From Camelus dromedarius (taxonomy: Eukaryota), in NCBI RefSeq assembly GCF_036321535.1, contig NC_087437.1:90894001-90958000 (forward strand): 64,000 nucleotides of DNA. Direction: 5' to 3'. The notes under the pieces are model-generated. The model had not been told where the DNA came from and ran no database searches. It saw nothing but the letters and a program-made list of their open reading frames with translations. Made by a program: the position numbers and the translations under genes. Below, piece after piece: positions 49,701 to 63,724 of the stretch (position 1 is the first letter of the stretch; every line of letters starts with the position of its first letter).

Positions 49701-52140
49701 TTGTATCATATAGCACTAATGGTTGCATTCAAGGCATTCTGAGTTTCACAGATATGAATTATTTTTCTTCTCATTTGTGTGTTTTTATTTGATTTTTCAA
49801 AAGTAGAATATATCTGTGGGGGAAATTTGGCAAAAAGACTGCAATTGAATCTAATAAATGAGGTCGTGATGTTAATGAAATATTTTATGCAGTAGCTGGC
49901 AGTTTCAACATACATTTCTAGTTCATACAAGGTAACTCATCCAAACAACAGATAGAGCCGTTCCAAATATTTTACATCTAAATAGCAATCCAAATAAATC
50001 TGTCGTATAAAATCATGTTGTTGAGATAGTGGTGAAGTCCAATGCTATTTTAAAATTAGGTGCCTGTTTATAAAAATGCAATGAGCTGGGCCATTTAAGA
50101 AAAGTAGTAACTGTCTGTTGATATGTTTTTAAGAAGTAAATTTATTTTTGATTTATTAATTTTCCTGATTTCCTTTACTTAAAGAGTATTCTTCTTACTA
50201 CTTCCATAGTTTTTCTGAGTCAGATTTATGAATAATTCTGATTCACTTTTTGTCATATGTGGTTCTGTTTAAGGGGAGAGACATACTTTGATAAAAAATA
50301 AAAGAGGAAAAAATTTGAATTCTAGTGTTGTTTTCATAATGTTGTGATGACTTTTCTACTATTGAATCCTTTCTTTGAGGAAGAAATTTTACATTTTACT
50401 CTGTATATGAATGATACGGTGAAAAATTACAGAGAATACTTAATAACAACAAAAATCACTCTACAAGCCTTAGAGACACACAGTATGAGTTGATCTTCAC
50501 TTATATGCTTCCATGATTTTATATTTCATTATTATTATTCCTGAATATCCTAATGTTATATCTGAGTCTGTTTGGAAACTGGAATTATTAGAATAAGAAT
50601 TATTAACTTAAACTTCATATGTCATCCTCATCCACCAGTTCCTCTAGTCATTTTCCATAACACTCACAAGGAACAAACTATTTAAGAAAGAATATTCTAA
50701 AATCATATACCAAGCCTAAGCTTGGAGTCCTCCCTGAGTGTTCCACATGTACTGCATACAAAACTCTTCTCAAAATAGTGAATCTGTTTGTACTCTTTCT
50801 TGTATATGGGGCTAACCTCTAGTTCTGTGTAAGAAAATCAGTTTCTGGGGACACAAAGATGGTGCTCTATTACAAATACAGAAATTAATATTTTGAGATA
50901 CTTTTTATATTATTGGTATAGTATTTTAATGTCTAATTATTAACCAACTTTTGTGAAAATGAATTTGGATCAATATTAATAACTTGCTCTGATAAATTTT
51001 AGTAGCCACCAACCAATGAAATACCCATTTTTTATCTGTTGGATGTCTTATTTTAAATATATGGTATATAAAATACTTTAGTCTGATAGAAGTTAAATAA
51101 TGATTTTGGAGAAAACTGATTTGCAAAAATTTTTATTGCTATTGTTCATATTCATATTGCCTTTTTTGCCTCTCCTCTGTCTTTGTTCTTCATAGGCTTT
51201 TAAGTAATTTTTTATGAGAAAGCATTGGTGTTTCTCTTAGCTAGATACATTCAAAACTCCCCACACACACAAGTTGTCATAAACACCAACATAAAGAGCT
51301 GTGGAAAGGACAAGCAACATGTACTGTTTCATTCCACCTACTTCCTTATCCTCATGAGGCTCTTTACTTGCTTTTCATTAGGCTGCCCTGATTTCTTTTG
51401 GACCCTAAATACATGGTTCAGTGCTTATTTTCATGGCTGGACTGGTTCACATATTTCAATATAATTAACAACAATGAAAGGTAGTACTGGGCCTAAAAAA
51501 CAAAAAAACAAAAACAAAAACAAAAACCTCTACTAAAACATATCATCGGCATACATATATAGTTAATGAAATTTTAAATGGGTTTCTTTCTCTAAAATCT
51601 AAGCCAACCATAAACTTGTTTAGTGATGCATTTGAGAAGTTATTATAGCCTAGGGTGTAGTGATTATTCTCTACTTATTGTATGAAGTGTTACATGTTCC
51701 TAATCCACAGGAAGGTCACCTTGGTCAAAATATTTTTAGTAATTTTATACTAAATATTAGAGTTAAAATGCTAGGTTCCTTTTTTTTTTTTTTTTTTTAT
51801 TCTGGAGCACAGTAAACCAGGTATGAAAGGAATTGATAGTCTAAATGTCATTTCATTATTATTTAAAGACAAGAATATTGTACTATATTAAGTAATATAT
51901 CACACACACTTAAATATTAACCTACATGAATTATTTACATCTGCTAGTGGAAGTCTTTACATAGCTAAAATGTGGAAATTAGTAATATTGGAGACAAAGC
52001 CCTGAGAAGTTAGAAATAAAAGGTGTTATCAGATGAGCAATCTCTACTCTATTTGTAATTCATGGTCATCACCTACATTTTCTAGGCTAGTTATAAGCTC
52101 TTTAAAACGTGATACTTCTTTAGGAAGCTATCCCAGGTTA

Positions 52141-52262
52141 GAAAGAAGGAAGGAAAGAAAAGGAGGGAGGAAGGAAGGAAAGAAGGAAGGAAGGAAGGAA
52201 GGAAGGAAGGAAGGAAGGAAGGAAGGAAGGAAGGAAGGGAGGAAGGAAGGATGAAAGGAAGG
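52141..52262 (+). repeat. (GGAA)n microsatellite
   Basis: Directly visible GGAA array with degenerate purine flanks. Confidence 0.97.
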
Positions 52263-52689
52263 TAGGTAGATGGAAAAAGGGAAAGAGGGAGAGAAAGACA
52301 GACTTATTTCCGTAAACTACCAGGTCTTCCTGAATGTAAAATAAAAGTATAGATGTACATTTATAAGGATCTGCTTCACTGCTTCCTAAAATTGGCAGCC
52401 CATTATCCTGTAATACTTTGTTGGCAAAGTGATCTGATGGGAGATTTTTCACAAAATTGCATATCTTGTAGAGAGTTCTAATGTAGAAGTTGTATTCTAG
52501 ATATAAACAACCGTGATAAGGCTTTAGTAAATTCAGAGAGAGCTGTCTCATTTAGACAGGAGAAATACTCTTTTCAAAATGCATGCGTGCATTCCAATAC
52601 AGGTTATTTTTATTTGCATTTGGTCAGGCACCCATTTGTGCCAGCCCAGTTTGAAGGGTCAGTAACAAAACTTTGAAATAAAACTGTCA

Positions 52690-52920
52690 GAAGTACTGAC
52701 TATGAGCAAGATTCCATAGTCAGATTATCTGGATTTGAATGCTAACTCTGTCACTAGAGTATCAGTTAACCTTAAACTATCCAGCATTTCTGTCTAAATT
52801 ACCTCATTTGTAAAATGATAGGGGATACAATGATTCCTATTTCATTGTGTCCTTGTGAAGAATAAATTAGTTCCTGTATCTAAGAAGGACTGAGCACATA
52901 ACATAGTTAGTACCATTTAT
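52690..52920 (+). mobile_element. MIR
   Basis: AGTCAGATTATCTGGATTTGAATGCTAACTCTGTCACT...CCTCATTTGTAAAATG...TTGTGAAGAATAAAT. Confidence 0.8.
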
Positions 52921-55900
52921 AGGTTATGTAACATAATTATATGTTTAACCAGATGTTAGTGTTCTTTTTATTTTCTTTACCAAGCTCTTTAACAATTATA
53001 TTAATATAATAGATTAAATCTGTTACTTAAGGTCTTATGTACAATTCTAGTTCTCCTTTGGAAAGAAACATGGTTGATTACAGGATAAATAACTCTTGAA
53101 CTTTAGTAAAAGTAACTGTAACTCCTTACTGTCTTTCACTGGATCTTCTAAAAGGAAACTACATCTAAATAAACAAAAACATCTTAATACTAGTCAGATT
53201 CTAATGATCCCTGAAGATCCCCTCACCTCTGTTTAACCACAGACATAAGTTCAATATTTATTTATAATAAATATAAGTAAAATATGAGTTTGGATTTTAT
53301 TCATGATTTTATATACAGTTCACATAAAACCAAGTAAGTTTCCTAACATTTAATATTTAATACCTTAATTTATTTCTAAGAAGGTTTAATCTCATTGTAA
53401 TATATTTCTGTCTTTAAGTAATCCTAACTTAGAAAAACTTAAGATTTAAAATGATGTCCTATTTATTTTTCTCTTATTTCATTAATGAAGAAGTTAGAAA
53501 ACTCAGCCTAGATCTTATTCCCAGGGTAACTCATTAGAAAGCTTGATCTGGCCAAAAATTGTATCATTTATTTTTATGGTTCACTTATAACTCTTCAAAA
53601 TATTTGCAGTCTCTTGGAACATTTTTGTGTTGACAATCTTTTGTAGCTATTTTAACCTTTAAGAAATTTACATGTAGTAATTATATGTAGAATTACCATA
53701 AATTTAAAATATTTGACCATTAATTTTAAGGCAGATATACCACGAATTTGTATTTACACATTTATTATTTTTTGTCCTCTATTTTCCTAAATAGCAATTT
53801 GTTACATGTCTGTGAGGAAGACACTGAAATTCTCAGGCAGAAAATTTCACATTTGATTTCTTTAGAATTCTTTTGTATCATTTTCTCTCCCTGGTTAAAA
53901 TAATGTGGAGCTGAAAGCCTGAGTCAACACGAAAATAATCTTAATTTCATATCTTTTACTGAATATTATTATTTGCATTGGTGTTACTCATTGTCTTATA
54001 CATTTATTAAAACCATTCCTATCTCTTTTGAATGAAATAACTGACACAACCTACTATTCCTGTCTTTTTTCCCTCATGCCTTGATTCTGTAGTTTCATTC
54101 CCTTCTCCTATGTGCTTTCATGTTGACCATTATTTAAACTTCCTTTTCTTTAAACTATTCTTTATGAAGTCATTTGTTGTTTGTGTTCTTATAAAACCTG
54201 TACCCCACTTCATTTCCATATTATATGCATTTTATTTTAAAAGACACTACGATAATTTTAAGACACTTGTAAAATACATAACTCAAAACAATCAAATATA
54301 AATTAAAATATATCCTAGGAATTCAATTTATATTCTATTTGCAATAGTAAGATAAACCTTTAATATCTTTGACATTGATTTTATTTCTTCTGTAAATATA
54401 ATTTACCCTATTTCTTTAGTGTCTTGCAATACTTGCAATAGAGTATTATGAACAAATTAAGTCTATAAAGTTTGGCTAAATAACACACATAAATTTGTTT
54501 TGCATGGGAAAGACAGCAAATCCAGATGCAATCAGTAATTGTTATGGGAACAATCATTCAAGAAGAAGTCTTGATTTGAAAATTATCTTTATTTTAATGT
54601 TTTTTTTTCTGTTTATTATAACTTGGAAAGACAGCAATTATACACAATTACTTGCAGTAAAAGCAAAATCAATTAAAACCAAGGGATTTCTTTCTATGGT
54701 TATTTGTGCTACTTAAAATCATTACTCACAACCTCAAAGTAGAAATTTTTACCAGAGAGAAAATTTAAATTTTGTTCACATTTAAAAGAGGGAGGTATTA
54801 TAAATGAGATATATTTCTTGTCATCTTTGCAAGAATTAGTTTTAAAACATAAGAATAGAAGACTAATATTTTATTATTATTTTCTTTTAAATCATGTAAT
54901 TTAATTGACTATAAAATGCATAAGAGAAGTTAGTGGTTAAGAATATTATATTGTATCAAGAATCCATATGCTGAAGAGAGTAAACTAGGACAAAAAGGAG
55001 AGTATCATTTCAAACACAGCCATGAATTTTGCCTATAATATTATAGTGTTTTATTTTATGTTATAACCTTTTATTTGGTAGAGTCATATATTTTAAATAT
55101 TTATATTAAAATTAAGTTTATTTTAAAAATTTGAGAATAAAGCATGTAGCATAGTGGATATCCTTAATACTATATTAAAACTTAGTAGATCTTTGGTTCA
55201 CATGTATCATTCCCACAGAGCATTTAGCATGTATAAATGGCTGTATGTTTTACTGTACACTCTTTGGGTAAATATGAGATTTAGAATAATTAGCTTTGTT
55301 GCTTGTTCACATACACTGCACACATAAACACTGTTAGAATTCTACCATTACCTAAGGAAGTATTTCTAGTGCAGCTCCTCATCAGCATCGGTGGTGACAG
55401 AAGGGGTAGATACTATTATAATTACTAATCCAATTCTACCAAAAACCTAACAGTGTTCTGGGTGTTATTATTAAGAATTTTTGTGGTAATTTATATTTCA
55501 CAAAGTCCTTCAGTTACACAGAGGAAACTGTTCTTTATGATTGCTTTGTGATTTCTGAAATTATCTGAAAAAGGAATACTTTTAAAACAATAGTAATTTC
55601 TAAATATAGTGATGTATTAGCAGGATGAAATAAATGAATCATATCAATCTCACACTAGTTTTTTCTCAGTTTTATTTGGATAAGAATTATGTTCATATAA
55701 AACATTATGACAGAACCAATCCTTAAATTACTTTAAGATGCATTTAGTCATACCAAGTACTGGTGAGTATAAACAGTATTAGTGGTGACTCAGATTTAGA
55801 TATAATATATATTTATAATGTGAAGTTGAGAGGTACTACAGTCAGGGAAAATTTAATATATTTGTTTTGTCTTATTTCTCTGCCTGATTATCTCTGTGAC

Positions 55901-56089
55901 TATTGCTCCATTTTAAAACATGAAAAGTACTCACTTTATCTCTTGTGCTTCATCCAAAATATTGAAAGAGTATCATAGTGGACTCCGTGGTCATGTTGAT
56001 GATACTAGGTCCAGATTTATTGCAGTATGTCTTATATTGAAAGCTAAATAAATTATATAAATAAATAAAATCACTCAATGTTTTAGATA

Positions 56090-58380
56090 GACGTAACATT
56101 CTCAATTGACTTCATCGTAATCTATTTAACCAAATTTCTTAAATAATTAGCTTGCTTTCAAGATTTAGCCATTAAAATCAACACAATAGCTAACATGTTT
56201 ATTCATATGTACCTTTTAAGATTAAAGTCCTTAGAGTAGAAATGATGAATCAATTATATGCAGATTTAAAATAATCTTGTTTACTCTCAAATTTTCTTCC
56301 ATATGTGTCACACCAAATTACATTCCTACAAAATTACTTCTACACCAGCATTTGAATTTCTAATATTTTATCCTTAACTTGTCTAATAATAGAAGAAAAG
56401 TTTTATTTATCTCCATTTTTCAAATTACTAATCCAAAAATGTATTTTTAAATATCCATTTTTCATTTATATTTTTATGTGTGCAATTCTCAGATTTTTGC
56501 TTATTGATATATTTTTTGCATATAATCTTTTTAAAATGTTTAAAATGCCAGATATTTATCCCAACACTACTTTCATAATTCATATTTTCTCACTGATTCA
56601 GGAAATGATTTAATTCTATTTCTCTTTCCCCACACCACACCCCTCTTTCCTCAGAGGTCTATATTGTCTTTTTCTGCTTTGCTGAGTTTTCTATTTCTGA
56701 CTTTACATGGTATGTTGTTGATTTCTGGAATACGTTTTGATTACTAGAGAACTATGTGCATACTTTTTATTTTTCAAAAATTTTATGAGTCTTTATATAT
56801 GTCTATTCATTCCAATGGTCTATCATTTTAACAGTTCCACAGTAAATGAATTAAACTGGTATACTTTTGAATTACTTTGCAGTTGCAAAATATCTATACA
56901 TCAATTAAAGAAGAAATATAATACCCATATCTTTTAGATAGTCTACCAAAGGACAGAGTTTGCCTCTTTCTTTGTATGGTTTTCTTTTTTAATTTTGCTA
57001 AATTTTACTATACTCTAGTAAGTTTTCTATATGATCAGTTGGTCATCATCTACATTACCTTCTTACTTTGTTGATATTCAGGTTAATTGCTACTGTTGTG
57101 TATATATAAGTATTGGATATTAAATTGAGTAATAAATAATTTGAAGCATCCATATTATATAGGTATTATTGTTATAGTAGCTTATCAAATGACAAAACTG
57201 AGGCTCAAAGAGGTTTTGTGCATACTTCTGTTACACAGTTGGTAGTGGTAGGGGTGTATCTTGAACCCAGTTTTTTAGAAATTCAATATTTGAGTGCTTG
57301 TCATCATCCTGTACTGATTCTTTGTATACTTAACTTTTAAATAATCATGTTACTAAACTTAGTAATCTTTTTTATATATGTATACACACATGTATACATA
57401 TTCATATATTTGAAAACACACATATACATATATATATACATTGTGTATGTATATATATATTAAACTTTAATCTTTTGTGATTTCCAAATCTGCAAATAAG
57501 TATTTTACTCTTTGCCTATCCAAATATCTGTACCATTTATTTTTGTTCATTGACTAACACTTTCAGAAATGTTTTTAAAATAGTGATAATAATAGGCTGC
57601 CTCATCTGGATTCTCACTTTAACAAGAATGTCCTTAATGTTTCACCATTAATCATAGTATATGAATTCTGTGGCACATAATTGCATGTGTTCTTTTATGC
57701 TGCTTTCTTTTATCAGGAGTCTGTATTGAATTTTATCAAATGCTTTTCCTGCATATATCAAGGTATTTATATACTTAATACACTTCCTATATTTGAAATA
57801 TCATTGCATTCCTGGAATATATTCTATGTAATTATGGAATTTTATTTTATTATCTTACTCCTCTTTAACTGTGATTTTCTATCTAGAATGTTTGCATCCA
57901 TTTTTGTGTTATATTGTCATATGCTACTTATTACTTTCATGCACTACTCCTTTTGTCAGTTTTCAGTCACAACATAATGGGGATTTATAAAATAAGGGAA
58001 GATGTTTATCTGTATCATCTGCAGCAATGAAAATGGCATATGGATCATCTTTACAATTCTAATTTTTGTTTTTATATTTCACCCGTGTTATCTTAATTAG
58101 GCTTTTTTGAGATTTGTGGTTTTCTGAGGTTTTTAAAGTTCCACTCTCTCAAGTTATCTTTGCTATTTTTGCTATTATAATCCATTCATAACTGATTTTA
58201 TCCCTTTAATTACTCTCTTATTTCCTTAATTTGTCTTATTTATTCTTTAATTGAACTTTTAGTTATTTTAATTTTAATTCATTCAGATTTAGAAATGAAT
58301 GTTTCTAAGACTATGAATCTTCCTCTGAGTACATATTTGGCTCACTGCATTTAATATTCAGTGTTCTCAGCATTGTTACA
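56090..58380 (-). mobile_element. Ancient L1 (L1ME-like) fragments
   Basis: Decayed antisense ORF2 blocks, e.g. TCTGCAAATAAG, AATGTTTCACCATTAA, TTGAATTTTATCAAATGCTTTTCCTGCAT. Confidence 0.6.
57135..57300 (-). mobile_element. MIR
   Basis: ATGACAAAACTGAGGCTCAAAGAGGTT...ACACAGTTGGTAGTGG...TTGAACCCAG. Confidence 0.8.
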
Positions 58381-58388
58381 GTCTAGAT

Positions 58389-58588
58389 CAAAGATTAACA
58401 AACTGTAGCCAGGGACCAAATGACATCCATTGCCTGCTCTTGTAAATAAAATTTTGTTGGAGCTCAGGCACATCCATTTGTTTACATATTATATATGACT
58501 GCTTTCATACTGCAATGGTAGTGTTGAGTAATTGGAATAGGTATGTAGATTTCAAAACCTAAACTACTTACTGTCTATACTTTTACAG
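58389..58588 (+). mobile_element. MER58A-like hAT-Charlie DNA transposon, right end missing
   Basis: TTGTAAATAAAATTTTGTTGGA...CCATTTGTTTACATATT...CTGCTTTCA...AAAACCTAAA; preceded by TCTAGA, the hAT-Charlie target preference. Confidence 0.85.
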
Positions 58589-58589
58589 T

Positions 58590-60180
58590 GGAGTGAAACA
58601 GGGGAAATTATGTAAACCAGAATGTGGCCTTAGCTGTGATGAGCTTCAGCCTTATCCTGCTAGTAGGCCTGGTGTATAAACTGCATGGAGCTTTGGTCCC
58701 ACACTGAAGAAAGAATGCTTGTCTTTTTACCCCAGTGCCAATCGCCCGTCTGATACATATGCCATTCATTTGAGAAAGGGAGCTTAGTTTTTCAGGTGAG
58801 GCAGCTCCTGTCTGACTGAGGTATAGTCTACTGAAAAAAAGGCTGCTTTGAGTCATGACAGCTAAAACATAATAGCAGCTGGAGAATAGGTGCACTTGCC
58901 TAATAAGGGTGATTTGGGGGCCACTAGTAGCATTTACTAGGATCCATCCCTTGTTTCAGTCAGGTCTAACGGTTTCTGACATAGGTTCACTTCATCTAGT
59001 CATTTTCTCTAGAATTCTGAATGGTTGCACTTTCTGCAAAAATGAATAAGATGAGAATTAACTGGATGAACTTTAACTTCCACTGCTGTAGTTGTTTCTT
59101 ATACTATAACTGATACTCAATATACTCCTTTTTTACTACATATGTTAGATGTAATTTCCTCTCGGCTAGTACTACCATTGGCCAAAGTAGCTTGTCTAGT
59201 GGTGTGATTCATGTCTACATGCTTGTGAGGATATGAGCCCCAGGATACCATGCACTTTTCAGCCTACAGTTGCTATATTTGTTCATTTATACTAAAAACT
59301 GCAGTAGAAGCAAAGTGTATCACCTGAGCACCAAGCGTATAATTCCCTTCCCTTATTATCTTGCAATAGCCCTATGTCCTCATATTGACCAGAGTCAGTT
59401 ACCCTTGCTAGTATGAGAACTTTCTGTGACCACTGGTTTACCAGCATAAAGAGACAAAAGTGACTGAGAAGGCTATTATATATCTACTCTTGTAATTAGA
59501 GTCTAAAAGTGCATTAATCACAAGTATTACTTCTTCCAAGTGAAATATTCAGTGACGGTGACTGAGACAAATACATTCTTATGCTCTTGGATCTGTGTAT
59601 TCTACTTGCTATGGATAAATGACCATACAAAGGCTGTTTCTTTAAAGTAGGCACTACATTTTGGAGGATATAATTCATTCTTTCAGAGTGTCATCCCTAA
59701 GTCGGGTTCTCAGCTATGCCTCAGATGCTTATTTCCTTGCTCTGGTCGGCAACTTTTTGATGGTGCAGTGTGTGGTAGGACCTTGGGTCACGTGCTCAAG
59801 ACTATGCTTTATTTTCTGTAAGAAAATTTCTTGGTCAAGGTTGATCAATGTGGTACCCTGTTTTAGAAGTTTATCCTCCTTTTCTCATATATTATCATTT
59901 GAAATTAAGAGAAGCCAACTCTGACTTTCAAATTTTCACCTGAAAAGTTTTCTGTTGAAGTCTATAATTTAATTGGGCACCCTTTTCAGCTTACAAGTTT
60001 AAGCAGAATACATTATTGTCAGTTGTTTGTAAGTATATTACCTGGTGGCCATCTTTTCCAACCTGGTACAGCATCTTTCTTGTTGCTTTTTCTGCTTTGC
60101 ATGTCAATTTCTCCCCAAAGACAAGGCCATATTTTTTAAGTTCTTTTACACTAGCACTCTACTTCTGAGTACTTATTTCT
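58590..60180 (-). mobile_element. MaLR/ERVL internal region with integrase relic
   Basis: Decayed minus-strand peptides SYHTLHHQKVA and KQPLYGHLSIASRIH resemble ERVL integrase (WSYHVPHHPEAA; QRPIYGTVSPIARIH); MaLR-int-like start next to the LTR at ~60155-60180. Confidence 0.7.
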
Positions 60181-60525
60181 AAATCTGTTGTTTGTTTCTG
60201 CATTACAAACCACTCCAAAACTTAGTCACTTACAAGAGTAACCATTTATTGTAGCTCATGGTTCTGTGGATTTACACTGACCCAGTTTCTTCTGGAACCT
60301 CTTATACATCTCTGGTCAGATGACATCTGATTCATCTAGAATGGCCTTAAATATCCAGTAAGTAGCAGGCTTTTGGCTGAGTATCCAAACTATAGTTATC
60401 CTCCAGGTGACATCTTATTCTCCAGCAGTCTCACGGCAAATAGAAATTAAGGGGTTGATAAATATATTTCACCTCTAGATTGATGACAGAGAAAGCATTT
60501 TGTGAACACTTTGGCATTCTATTAC
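60181..60525 (-). mobile_element. MaLR (MLT1-type) LTR
   Basis: ACAAACCACTCCAAAACTTAGT...CCATTTATTGTAGCTCATGGTTCTGTGG; ends TTACA. Confidence 0.75.
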
Positions 60526-60529
60526 AGAT

Positions 60530-61707
60530 ACCATGCTGTTAGCCCAATGTGCAGAAAGATTCTGTATCTGCCATGATAACTAGTCTGTTATAAGCCCACT
60601 GAGAAAGCATGATGGTAGTTAAAGACTGATATCTACGGCTCAATCATCCTGTTCACTTTATTGTTTACTATCTCTTCTAAAGTCTGTGTTCTTCGGTGAG
60701 CATTAACATGTAATACAGATATTTTCATACTTTGTATTAGTCCATACACACACTTCTCCAGATTTTTCTGTCTGTGATCTTCCAATCTTGCTATTTCTAG
60801 GCACCCAAGCAACCAGTTAACTTAAATTCCACTGCCCATGATTCTATGTATATATATCCTTACTCTGGGTCACTTCTCTCCCCATGTTGGATAACAAGAT
60901 AAATTGCTTAAAGTTCTGTCCCCTGGGAAAATCCCTCCGTAGCACTGTCTTTTAAGGGCAATTGTAAACGGAGCTTTAGTGTAGCAGCAGTTCATTTTGG
61001 ACATACACCAACATTATAAACTAGATCCTCTGTGAACAGGTTAAGGAATTTTCTACCTTTTAGGCAGAAAACCCTCACCCCCTCTTCTCCATGAAGCTAG
61101 ACTATAAGCTGAAATACACAAGTTGGTAAGAGTGGTATTTGTGTGGATATTGAAGTATGCTGTTTGGATTCTTTCATGCTTAATCTTGAATAATGTATAC
61201 TCTGGGATGCCAAACTCCAGAGTTCCTATTGAAGCTTTTCAGAGGAAATTCATATGAATTTGCGTTCCACATGGAGTGTTTCTCTTGTGCGTATTTTGTG
61301 AAAAAATGTTATTCATGGGATCTTCCAGGTCCTCAGGGCCTAGACTTACTGTAAAGCTCCTTTTTGCTCTGGTTCCCAGTCAAAACTAGCAGCCTTTACT
61401 ATTACTTGATTAATATATCTGAGAAATATTTCTAGTTGTGGAATCTTTTAAGAAATCAATCTGGTAAACATTGCACTCTTCTATTAGTAATAAGTAGTGC
61501 AAGATACAATATTTTGTTCTTTATGTTGAAGGGATATTTCAGACCACTGGACCCTTATAAGTTTTCTTGCATACCATGTCCCTGAATTTATGTAAAGTTT
61601 ACCATACATTCTTGGTACATTATCAGCACATCAAAATAATTTGTGGATTTTAATTTGTCAGAGCTGATTTCATAGTAGCATCAATATAATCTATCAATCT
61701 GATGTTA
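60530..61707 (-). pseudogene. ERVL-type pol relic (RT C-terminal part and RNase H)
   Basis: Minus-strand peptides IRLIDYIDA (YIDD-like), KAASFDWEPEQKGALQ, K*TAATL, LKDSATEGFSQGTEL*AIYLV, ESWAV, DWKITDRKIWR, VLHVNAHRR; multiple stops. Confidence 0.8.
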
Positions 61708-63724
61708 CTTGGAGCTTTCTGTATTTCCTGGACCTGGATGCCTGTTACCTTCCCCAAGTTAGGAATGTTTTCAGCCATTATTTCTTTAAATAAATAAATT
61801 TTCTGCCCCCTTCACTCTTCTCTCCTTTTTTCAGGACCCCCTATAACCTGAATGTATTTCACTTGCTATTGTCCCGTAAGTCCCTTAAGGTATATTTACT
61901 TTTTAAATACTTTTTTCTTTTTGCTGCTCTGATTTAGTGAGTTCTCCACTGTATTTCAGGTTGCTGATCCATTCTGCTGCTTCATCTAGTCTTGTGTTGA
62001 ACCTCTTGACTTTATTTTTCTGGAAATTATTGAATTTCTCATCTCTGTGATTTTTATTTGGTACTTTCTAATATTTTCTTTTTCTTTATTGAAGTTATTG
62101 CTGTGGTCATCCATTCTTATCCTGAGCTTGGTAAGCATCTTTATGACTGTTGTTTTTAAACTCTTTATCTGGTAGATTACTTATCTCCATTTCACTAGGT
62201 CTTTTGCTGAGGTCTGGTATTGTTATTCTGTTTGGAACATATTCCTTTTTTCCTCATTTTGCTTGATTCTCTGTATTTGTTTCTATGTATTTTATGAAAC
62301 AGCTATCTCTCCCAATCTTGAAGGAATTGCCTTGTTTAGGAGATGAACCTTATTGTTGAACTTTGCCCTAGCTGTTGTTTGTCTCTCAAGCCTTTGGAAT
62401 GGCTTATCCGTGATAGGTCCCCATGGTTGAGGGACAAGACCTATCAGTGTTCCAGTGGAAGGGATCTCAGTCAGCACCTAGTTTCAGGCTGAGTGGGAGC
62501 AAGCGCCTCAGGCAGTAGCTATAAAATATGCAATTACATTCATTCCAGTGGGACTGCAATTATAAACCCAGTTGAACTCCAGACCAGGAAATCTGGAGGT
62601 GTCTCCTGGATAACAGTTACAAAAAAATGGGGTTTCAGTGTATAAGCTCATATCTGGGAGGTATCAGCAAACTGTGGTAAGGCCAAGGGAGGAGAAAAGA
62701 ATTGTGTCTCCTTGCTTATAGTCCCTGTGAATGCCTCTGTAGCCTCTAGATGTGTAGCAAACCTGAAGCATGTCCCTCAGATTCAAGCTCTAGGACAAGT
62801 ATATTATTGGCTTTTTTCACAAGTAGACTAACTATGTGTTTCAGTCTGCTGTCTGTACAGTGTCCCGGGTGTGGTGGCCTGCCAGGCTGTCTGATTCTTA
62901 AAATCTCATGGGTCCCAGGAGGGAAAGACTTTCTGGCCACCAGTGCCAAGTGATCAAGACATGTCCCCTTTGTGTACTGTGTCCACCCACTAGCAAGTGA
63001 GGCTTTGGCAGAGTTCTGGGGTGGGGTGGGGGTGGGGGACAAGGTGGGGTCCACAGCTTTAGGGAGGCAGGGGAAGAACACTGGGGGTGGGACATGCCCA
63101 CAGTTTTAGTGAATCTGTGTGTGTGAGCCTATCTGTGTTAGCAAGGTATAGGGACAGTACAAAAATGGTACTTGCTAATACCTCCATCACCAAAGAAATT
63201 CCTGCCCCTCCAGCTGGTGCTTTAAGATTAGTTAATAAATCTCCTTTACATATAGTTCAGGTATTTCTCTAACTGCTGTATTTTCACTGGGTCCCAGGAC
63301 AAGTGATGTTGTGCATAAACCCCTCCAAATGAATATCTCATATCCCCATAGCTGCTCATGTCTCCTGAATATAAGCCTCAAAGCTGGACATTTTGGGGCC
63401 CTTTTCTCTCTAGTGCAGGTCTCAAGTATTGTGGTGCCTAATGTGGAGCATAAACCCCTTGCTCCTTAGGAAGTAGCTCTGGACCCAATATATCTCTCCC
63501 TATTTTGGGTCACCATGCTGGGGAGGGGGGGTGTTATTGAGAACACATCTTTGCCTCTCTTATCTCTCTCCGTGTGGCCTTTTATCCTTTGTTGTGGAGG
63601 ACTATACAACTGGTTATCGGTTATTTTTCTGCAGTAATTTTCCTTTATATAGCCGTAGGTTTGCTGTGTCCATGGTAGAAGGTGAGTTCGGGATTTTCTT
63701 GTGCCACCATCTTGGACTACCCCA
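61708..63724 (-). mobile_element. L1 5'UTR and ORF1 N-half; ORF2 and 3' end absent
   Basis: Minus start GGGGTAGTCCAAGATGGTGG (YY1-like); ORF1 motif EIMAENIPNLGK..IQVQE near 61725-61790. Confidence 0.85.

Noticed and set aside
52033..52551. ORFs with EGRK / LPSF repeats
   Set aside because: Translations of the GGAA microsatellite.
6740..53980. Scattered ATTTGCAT octamer motifs
   Set aside because: Unclustered and plausible by chance in AT-rich DNA.
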